From: Octopus vulgaris
Taxonomy: Eukaryota
NCBI GenBank assembly: GCA_951406725.2
Contig: OX597826.1
Span: forward strand, 25,606,001-25,670,000
Direction: 5' to 3'
DNA length: 64,000 nucleotides
Part shown: in pieces, positions 53,487 to 64,000 of the stretch
Layout: each line of letters opens with the position of its first letter
Numbering within the stretch: the stretch's first letter is position 1
Made by a program: the position numbers and the translations under genes
The notes under the pieces: generated by a model
What the model saw: only the letters and a program-made list of their open reading frames with translations
The model's database searches: none
What the model was told of the DNA's origin: nothing

Positions 53487-55058
53487 ACAATTTGTACGAT
53501 GTTATCTGGAAAATACTTGGTATGTATGGCTAGAATATCTATGATCTTATATTTACTCTGTCAAGAATATCTCGGATTAAATAACGACAACAGCAACAAC
53601 ATATAAAAAGAATTCTGCGTGATTGAGAAACAAAGTGGGTTAACGAGTTCAGTGTTCAAGGTTCCAGTTATATTGGTTTCAAATTTTGGCGCAAGACCAG
53701 CAATTTCGAAGGTGGGGCAAGTCGATTACATCGACCCCAGTGTTCAACTGGTACTTATTCTATCGATCCCGATCAAAAACAAAGTCGACCTTCGTGGAAT
53801 TTGAATTCAGAACATAAAGGCAGACGACATGTCGGTAAACATTTTGCTAGCTCGCCGCCTTAGTTCACGCTTACATCAATTCCAGTATTTCATTGGTTCC
53901 TTATTTTTTCGACGTCGGAAAGAATGGTGTGAAGTTAACTGGTCAGGATTTGAACTCAGAACGCAATGAGCCGGAACAAATACCGAAAAGCATTTTGTTC
54001 GATGCCCTATTGATTGTGTTAATCTACCGCCTTGTAGTAGTAGTAATAATAATAATAATAATAGTAGTAGTAGTAGTAGTAGTAGTAACAGCAGCAGAGG
54101 CAACAGTAATAGTAGTAGCAACAGAAGTAATAGTGTAGGGGTGATGGTGGTAGAAGTAGTGGTAGTGGTGGTGGTGGTGGTAGCGTCTACATCGTTGTCA
54201 CCATCGTCGTCGTTGTCGTCGTCGTCGTCGTAGTAGTAGTAGTAGTAGTAGAGATGGTAGGTGGGATGAGAGGAGGAAGGTTACTACAGAGCCTTGGTAA
54301 TTCACACACACACACAGGAGATCAAGCAGGAAAGATAACTCCAAGCGAAAAACTATACTAAAATAAAAATAAAAATAAAAATAAAAGTTTAGTTTACCCA
54401 GCTGTTTGGAACGTGTACAAGATATTCCTATTCTATTGTGGAAAAATATTCCCACATCTTACCCTACCGCTACCAATACCACTACCACCACCACCGCCGC
54501 CGCCGCCTTGCTATCCCGCCATTCCTCTGTAAGGGTTGTAAAACTTTTGAAACAAGGACATACTGTTGTTCTCTCTTCTTCATTCCGCACCCCCACCCCG
54601 CATCCCAACACATACTCAGAGTCGCAGATTCACCTCGAAATCTAACTACATAAGCAAAGATCTAACTTATTAGATAAGTAAATGAAACGAAACCCTGGGT
54701 GGAAATACACTGGAGGATAAGCTGAGCCACCCATTTCTCATTACGTGAAACACCCACTTAACCAGCGAATTTCAACCGTTTCCATTATTTACTTACCCAA
54801 TATCACTAAACTAAAATTACATTCTTTGTATGATCAACGTCATATTATTCCCTCTCTTTGTCTGTCTGTCTGTCTGTTGGTTTGTTGGTTTGTTTGGTAT
54901 TCGCTTGTTTATTTGTTTCTTTATGTATGTATGTATGTATGTATGTATGTATGTATGTATGTATGTATGTATGTATGTATGTATGTATGTATGTATGTAT
55001 GTTTGTGTGTGTATGTCTATCTATCCACCCAACAATCTCCGTATCTATCTCTCTGTCC

Positions 55059-55126
<68 letters not shown>

Positions 55127-55210
55127 ATCTTCCTTTCTATCTACCTACATCTTTCTCTCTCTCTATTTACCTATCCGGCCATTTATGTCTATCTCCCCCT
55201 CTCTTCCCCC

Positions 55211-55259
<49 letters not shown>

Positions 55260-55408
55260 GCCTTTCTTTGATTTCTCTTACAACAGCAATGTTCTGGAAG
55301 ACAGCTAAGTAAATAGAAAGAATATTACCGTTTTGATTGTCTGACTAATTTCAGTACATTTATGTTTGTGTTTAACTTAACTTTATTTTTGCTTAGAAGT
55401 TGAGAGTG

Positions 55409-55468
<60 letters not shown>

Positions 55469-56732
55469 TCTGTCTGTCTGTCAGTCTCTCATTCTCTCTC
55501 TATGTGAATGTGAGACTGTTTTCTTTTGTAGCCGAAATGTAAGTGAAACAGGAGATTCCGAGTAAACTAGCAATGCTCACCATCAGTAAACACTAAGTAC
55601 AAAAACCTTCGTAAATTGCAATAAATTATCTTTGCTATTTTCAATTGAGAACTTGTTATTGTAAACTAAGATTTTGCAAAGCTATTACAATCTTTGAGAG
55701 TCATTGAAAATACCTCTGTTACCAAAACACCACCGTTTCCAAAATACCTGTGCTTCCAAAATAGGTTGTATTGAACCAGACGAGGATAGCTTAACGGATT
55801 AGATCAAGTTTCTTGAAAGAGCAGTGAAATCTCCCTCATAATCACAGTCATGGCCTAATGGTTACCATGTCGACCTCACAACTATAAGGTCACGAGTGCG
55901 ATTCTAGGACCTCTCTGCACCATGTACTTGAGCTAAGAACGTCATTTCTCGTTACTCCAGCCACCACCACCACAACCAGCAGCAACAACTCCTCTACCAC
56001 TACCGCAAGAAGTTCATAAGAGATGTTATCTCAGGGCAAACACTCCATGAATTGGCCTATTAAAGGTGTACATACATATAGTATGATACATGATTAGCAA
56101 TCATTTAAATGTTTCATTTGCACATTAACTAGGGATTGTCTTTGATTACGTCATTGATTCAGTGATTATATTATTTATTACTCTTTTATTCTTTTATTAA
56201 TTTTTTGTTTCAGTCGTTTGACTGCGGCCAATCTGGAGCACAGCCTTAAAGGATTAAAGGGTTTTTTAGTCCAAGAAATCAACCCCAGGACTTATTCTTT
56301 GTAAGTCTAGTACTTATTCTATCGGGCTCTTTTGTCGAACTGCTAAGTTGCGAGGACGTAAACACACCAACATCAGTTGTCAAGCGATGGGGTGGGCAAA
56401 CACAGATATAAAGACACACACGCACACACATATTTTCGACGGGCTTCTTTCAGTTTCCGTCTATCAAATCCACTCACAACCCGAGACACTTTATCCAAGT
56501 TGCCATGCAGTGGGACTGAACCCGAAACGATGAGGTTGGTAAGTAAGGTACTTACCACACAGCCACGTCCGCACCCATATATTGACTCATTAACAAAAAA
56601 GTGTATTGGCAGCAAGACGACGAACTGATGTGTTGTTAAAATGGCGGGTATAATGCCTTATTGTAATATCGGTATTAGATTCTTTTAGTTTATTCAGACA
56701 TCACCTTTGGTGGAAAAAAACTATGATGAAGT

Positions 56733-56890
56733 AACCCTTAGCTTAGCCTAGCCGTAATGTTAACCATAACTCTAGCCTTAACCTTAATCTACACCTAATC
56801 TTAATCTTAACCGTAAACTGAACCTTGGCATTAGCCCTAACCCTAACCTCAACCTTAACCATAACCCTGACCATAACCCTAACTATAACT
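56733..56890. repeat. Degenerate interstitial (CCCTAA)n telomere-like repeat
   Basis: 6-nt periodic CCCTAA/CCTTAA/CCATAA units. Confidence 0.7.
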
Positions 56891-57612
56891 CTGGTCCTAG
56901 GTTTAACATAATGATCTTCCAGTCTATCTATGAGTTATTTTAGATGCTCTTCTCTTTTAAACATAAAAAAGAAGGATTTGCAGGAAAACTAGCTAATGTT
57001 TTTTTTTATCTGGCCGAGCCCCTTTCATTTGCTCTTAAATTGAGTGTTTCCCTTACTTGATTAAGCACAAAAGTAGCTACATTCTAACAAAGCAAGAAAC
57101 GTAGTGTGGTGGTATTTGTGATATTCATCAAGGCAAAAGTGAAGTGACTTCAAGTGAGCGCTAAAAACTGCACAAGCATTTGCCGGAAGCTCATTGCTTT
57201 CTTTACGGTAAGCATCGAAGCGTGATGACGGTTTTGTACGTATTTCGTTCTTCGTAACATTTCTTTGCAGATAGTGTATGTGTGTGGTAGCCCATGTAAC
57301 CTGAACCCCCCCACCCCACAAAAAACCCAAACAAACAAACAAAACTAAACTAAAGAAAAGTGTTTCTTTTGTGAACATAAGCACGCACATACATATACAT
57401 GGGCTTAAAAATTTACACTACGAAGACTAAAAATAAAAATAAAAACGGCTGAAACAAATTGTAACCTGATATACGAATACAAAAAAAGCTATATAAACCA
57501 CAAGTACCTAAAGTATTGAGTTCGTTATTTAGTTTGTGAATTCTTTGTTCACAAGAAACGCATCCATAACTATATCTATATCTGTATCTGTCTATCTATG
57601 TCTATCTGTCTG

Positions 57613-57696
<84 letters not shown>

Positions 57697-58095
57697 TATA
57701 TATATTCTTTCTTTTATTCCTTTACCGGTTTCAGTCATTTGACTGCGGCCATGCTGGAGTACCTCCTTTAGTCGAACAAATCGAACCCAGGACTTATTCT
57801 TTGTAAGCCTAGTACTTATTCTATCGGTCTCTTTTGCTGAATCGCTAAGTTACGGGGAAGTAAACACACCAACATAGGTTGGTGTGTTTACACACACACA
57901 CGCACACGCGCACACATACGCACAACTAGCTTCTTTCAGTTTCTGCCTACCAAATCACTCACAAGGACAAAGTCGTCCTGGGATTATGGTAAAGGACAAT
58001 TGCCCAAGGTACCACGTATTGACTGAACACGGAACCATGCTGTAGGGGAAGCAATCCTCTTACCACCTCCACTACGGCTGATATATATATGCATA

Positions 58096-58513
<418 letters not shown>

Positions 58514-59199
58514 CACACACAATTAGTTAACTGTAAAACGGTATATATAATATATGATATTCATTTACATAGTTAAAAACCTAACCTGTTAAGCTAGCTG
58601 TACACTGAACTTTATCAATAAAAAACTAGTATATGCAAACATATCAGCTGGCTGTGACTGTGATATTCTTTTAACACTTTACTATACAAATAATAAGATG
58701 ATTTTGATCAGATGTACATAGGCTACAGCTTTGATATGGTGGACATTTATTGCAGAGCCAAATTTATGTGCTATCGTTGTAGTTGCTCAGCACACAACAC
58801 AGACAAGCCTTGGACAAACAGACATATGGTATGAGTGTAATCCGGTTAAGGATTGAAAGGAAGATATTTCGAACTCCTGCAAAAAGAAGGAAAATATTTA
58901 GAGCAGCAATATGAAAGAAGGTTGTCGAGAAAATCTGATTGGTCATTGAGAAGAGTTATTAGTTTTTTTCTCTCTTTTAGATGACTATATTTCAACAGAG
59001 AAAGCTAATGGTGATTTGACGATTCGATTATAAAGAACGCTCCTAAGTAAAGTTGCTATAAAAAGTCGTGACGGGAAATAATTGCTATCGAATGCTGTCC
59101 TCTTCATACAAATTCATAGAACTTCATATAAGAATTCTGGGGAATTTACTGGTGGAAAACGGAGAAAATTAAAATAAGATGACTAAGTAAACGCTCACG

Positions 59200-59243
<44 letters not shown>

Positions 59244-59363
59244 AATAATATATAATATGTATATTGCTGTAATTGTCTTTTTTAAAAAATAAATAAATAG
59301 GCATAATATAATATCTATAAGTTGATGAATACCAACTCTTGATCCCCTCCATTTTCTTATTGC

Positions 59364-59405
<42 letters not shown>

Positions 59406-60720
59406 CATACATACATTATCTATCTATCTATATACATACATACATACATGCATATATGGGTACAGGACGTCACCAACAGTGCAAATAACTACGTAAACAA
59501 CGTGAAAAAATGGAACGTCCGTGCAGGAAAAGAAAGATGGTCTAGTCCAGAGATTTCTTTATTTCTTCATATTGTCATTATGATGTCACAATAGCGGAAA
59601 AGTTTTCTCCAAGGACTTCGTTTCAGATAATATTCAGTCTGTTTCAACCTTTCGCGGTGATTAGAGGCTAGGGAATGTGTGCGTCGGGGGACGCACCCGG
59701 GCACCTGAAGACTAGAGTGAAATCAGAGTCATCTTCACCTTGTTTTTTGGTGTTTGTGGGGATATTTTGAGCAGGCCCTCACAAGTGCGCCCTTCACACA
59801 ATTGTTTCATCATAACTTTCAGCGAAAAAGAATATCTTTTAAGGAAATATTCTATAAATACCTCTCAGATAGCGTACATTACGATTATATCGGAATTTAA
59901 TGTGAAAAAAATAGAAGTCGCACACACATATATACTGACACACATCCCAATTTATTTTCAAAATTTCAAGTTCCATTTTGTGGATGTATATGTTATGTGT
60001 GTCAGCATAAGTTTTTTCTTTCTCGAAATTTTCTTTTTTTTTCACATTAAATTCCGATAAAATCGTAATCTACACCATCTGAGAGGTATTTATAGAAAAT
60101 TTGGATCTTTTCTATTCTGAAGCCAGTTTTTTCAAATTTTTCCTACTGAACCAAACAATTTGAAACTTCGTATACTGGTAGAATGTGTCAAAAGTAAACT
60201 TAATTGTAAACCAGAATGAAAACGGAATTGTAACTTCTAAGTTTAACGTTGTTTAATAATTAGAATTTTAACCAATGATATTCCGTCATTCGGCTTTATT
60301 TTATTTACTCCGTCTCGACCACCAATTTCGTGACGTATTAAACATCTTAAATGTAAACAAGCTATAGTCAGCCACCTTCTAATAACAAAAGTTTGTCTTT
60401 GAAGTTACCGTGCATGGGAAGCATTGATGTACATGTGTGTGTGTTTGATGGGGTGTGGGAGACAGTATGTTGTGTAAGTGAAGTGCTTCTGTTAGTGTGT
60501 GTGAAGAGACAGAGAGAGTAATGTGTGAAAGAGAGAGATAACTGAAATTTTTTACTCGGTGTATGTGTATATGCCTGAATGTATGTGTGTATGTATCTGT
60601 GTATGTGTATGTATGTATGTATGTATGGCCGATTCAATGTAATTTTTTACACATACTTACACACACACACACATACATACACACACACATGCAGACATAC
60701 ATATACACATACACCGAGTA

Positions 60721-60771
<51 letters not shown>

Positions 60772-62487
60772 AATAAATGTTTTTATATATAAAGAACGTG
60801 AAATACAGGAAGGGACGAACACGGAACACAGACAAATCATTCAAAGCCTTCAATCTTCAGTCAGACACCGAATCATCATAGCAAATTTCGGCTATATATT
60901 AATTTATAAAAATATGGTAAAGTAAAAAAATTACTTTACCACACACAAAGCTTTTTAGAAATAGCAGACGTCACAAAACTGCTTTCAACGTCACACTAAC
61001 AGATTGCAGTAACGTTTTAGATATGAAAACAAGCAATCTCATTGGTTAAAATTCGCAGTTTTAATCTACGATTAAAGTCATAAAATAGATTTTTCTCAAA
61101 TAAACTAGTTCCAACTGGCGAATAAACTAGTTCCACTCTATGAGTACACAAAGTTTCAAATTATTTAGTTAACTAGAAAGATCTGGGGTCCTGGCCACAA
61201 ATTTGAAAAGATCCGAAAATTTCTTTAAAAATAGACCGATTTTTCTGGTAGTTATATGTTGAGTAACCATTATTGTTCCTGCAACCGTATGAACTCTTAG
61301 CCAGGCAATTTCAGGACAGGAAACCCGGAGGTTCCAACCAGAAACGATACTTCACTCTCGATATATTCACACAGAATATTTCATTGTAAACAATCGTGTC
61401 ACTGTAAGGGGATATGATAGCAAGGATCGGTGAATAAAAATCGTACATGAAATATTCCTTTCTAGTATAGGAACAAGGTTTGAAATTTAGTGGAGTGAGT
61501 AGTCGATCATATTGACTCCAAAGCTTGACTGGCACTTATTTTATCAATATGAGGATCATGGGAACTATCGACCTCAGTGAAATTTAAGCTCAGATTGAAA
61601 AGATGCACGAAATACCGCTGGCGTGCTAACCGTTCTGCCCCTCATCGCCTTATGAACACGAATAATGGTTACTCAACATATAGACCACGGGTAGTTGTAG
61701 AGAGTAGTGTTATAAACTCGGTAAGTGTTTAAATAAAACACAAGTTTGCTGCTAGCTATTAAAATGTTTCACAATATTTTCTTTTGTGTCTGGGGAGAGT
61801 CATTTTCATTTTGTGCCTTATAATTTAACACACTCACCGGTAAAATTTCCACTTATTTCTTATTTTTATTTTCCTAAAATTTTCATTGCGTCTTGCAACC
61901 TTTTAAATAGTCTTGACTCTTTTACCCGTGAGTGTGTTAAATCAAGGCACAAAAAGAAAATGACTCTCCCCAGACACAGAATATGCTTCAACACACGAAC
62001 TCATATAAAGAATCTCGCAAACCAAATCCAAAAACGAAATACAATATTTTCTTGATATTTCTTTTATAATAAAGGCGAAATTGTCTGTCTGCGACAGCTG
62101 TATCTCAATTTACATTTGCTCTACATAGAAGTATTATACCTGTTTGGAATAAGAATGATCTCGAGATTGAAAATCTGCCCTTCATTTAGTTTTTGAACAT
62201 CCAGTATTGAGATCTAATTCAAAAGTATTTGGATTGCTATTTCTAGCAGGTAAGGCATGACTGATTCACGCCATCTTGCTTGGTGTTTGTCAGATAACTT
62301 CAATGATGAAGGGGAGATAAATGACATTCGCTTCGCAAATTTTACGTCCCGATAAGAACTTTAGAACAAATTGGCCAACAGGTGGAATTCAACTTGGTAC
62401 TGGAACGATAGAATGATTGCATTAGAGAATTAATTCTCATTCATCCTAAACCTCTGATCAAACACCAGCGTGGCGTTTAATCATTAT

Positions 62488-62682
62488 TCTTTTACTCTTT
62501 TACTCTTTTACTTGTTTCAGTCATTTTGATTGCGGCCATGCTGGAGCACCGCCTTTAGTCGAGCAAATCGACCCCAGGACTTATTCTTTGTAAGCTTAGT
62601 ACTTATTCTATCGGGCTCTTTGGCCGAACCGCTAAGTTACGGGGATGTAAACACACCAGCATCGGTTGCCAAGCGATGTTGG

Positions 62683-62729
<47 letters not shown>

Positions 62730-62910
62730 TGCACACACACATATATACATAAATATACGACAGGCTTCTTTCAGTTTCCGTCTACCAATTCCACTCACAA
62801 GACTTTGGTCGACCCGAGGCTATCGTAGAAGACACTTGCCCAAGGTGCCACGTAGTGGGACTGAACCTGGAACCATGTGGTTAGTAAGCAAGCTACTTAC
62901 CTCACAGCCT
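62488..62910 (-). mobile_element. SINE family A
   Basis: Matches other copies. Confidence 0.85.
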
Positions 62911-64000
62911 CTTATAGTTATGCCTCTAGCTCTCTTTAGTTTTGTGCCGTAGGCCCAATTAGTCCTCCGCAGGATCTATCTTAAAAGCCCGCACAGAGTG
63001 CAGCTTTTACGCTAGTCTCTAATAAAGTAAAGTTCGATAGCTTTCATTTAATTTCTATGGCTGCAAACGCAGTTTGCATCCTTAATCTCTGATCAAAGAC
63101 ACCAGTGGGGCATATTGTCATTATAGACATATTATAGTCATGTTAGATTAAATTCTCTTCAGTTTTGGGCTGCATGCTCAATTAACCCTCGACAGGAGCC
63201 AAATTCTTCAAGTAACTTTTGTCCATAAACGTTAGTTCATTTAAATTGTCCAATGTTTCTTCCTTATTTCCACTCTTATCAACCCTTATACACTGATGCA
63301 CCTACCTCGTGTACTTAAACTATTCGAAATAAGGAATATGAAATCACTGTCTGTCTCAGTAAGATAAGAACCCACTTCTTTGATCGTAAAAAAACCATCT
63401 GCACGCAACGAGTTGCAAGGTACTTTGCGCTCCGGAGTGATCTTCAACAGTTTTGACACACTTTTGAAGTCTCATACAAATAGACTTTCACTTGCCACAG
63501 AGTGTTTTGTGTGAGACAACAGAGAGCGCACATCTTATTTCTTAAGATAACCTTGTGATGTAAGAGGGAGCCCGCAACTCCTTCTTATCTTAAAAGGTGG
63601 ATCAAACAATCTGAGTTTTTTTTTCTGTTGTGGTATTCAGCATATCATCGACAATAAAGTATCGCCACAACCACAATAAATATATGAGTAGCAGCAGCCG
63701 TAGTTCTCAGCACACCAATATGTAGCCACGTTCTTTGTCGAAGTGCTGCGTAATCAATTATTGTCAGGATCTTTCTTGATTACAAATCGGTAAATATCTC
63801 TTATAACGTTAGACAGTGAACTTGTGTAGTGCTCAGTGTAATACTCATTGACGGCAATGGAAGATCTCCATTTTCGTAGCTTCAAGTATATGGAAGAAGT
63901 AGAATAAGTGGGAGCATTTGGCGGCGAGATGGCAGAAACGTTAGCACGCCGGATGAAATGCTTAGCGGTATTTCGTCTGCCGCTACGGTCTGAGTTCAAA

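Noticed and set aside
56733-56890. True telomere or fusion site
   Set aside because: Short, highly degenerate, one orientation only; more likely part of a dispersed repeat.
63000-63915. Non-repetitive-looking stretch as a possible exon or transposase remnant
   Set aside because: No long open frame or recognisable motif; needs tBLASTx or RNA-seq.

Overview
AT-rich, microsatellite-saturated animal DNA. The tRNA-derived SINE families look like octopus/coleoid cephalopod (inference). No host exon is recognisable, and almost all long ORFs in the track are microsatellite artefacts. The window is a nested transposon landscape: (1) an intact, very young 4.26-kb LTR retroelement on the minus strand (5555-9815; apparently identical 277-bp LTRs, 5-bp TSD, gag + -1-frameshifted pol); (2) a maT/DD37D-like element interrupted by a hAT MITE; (3) a DD34D mariner; (4) a 5'-truncated Penelope-like element plus several hammerhead-like remnants; (5) Tx1-like and R4/Dong-like LINE fragments; (6) a three-level nest containing an ORF1-only retroelement; (7) dozens of SINEs. 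The most striking signal is in the LTR element. It has no normal tRNA-3'-end PBS. Instead the 12 nt abutting the 5' LTR are the exact complement of the first 12 nt of eukaryotic tRNA-Phe(GAA), suggesting priming by a 5' tRNA fragment. The same element has a GGGAAAC/pseudoknot frameshift signal and a candidate intron that would delete U5 and clip the PBS. All alignments were done by eye.
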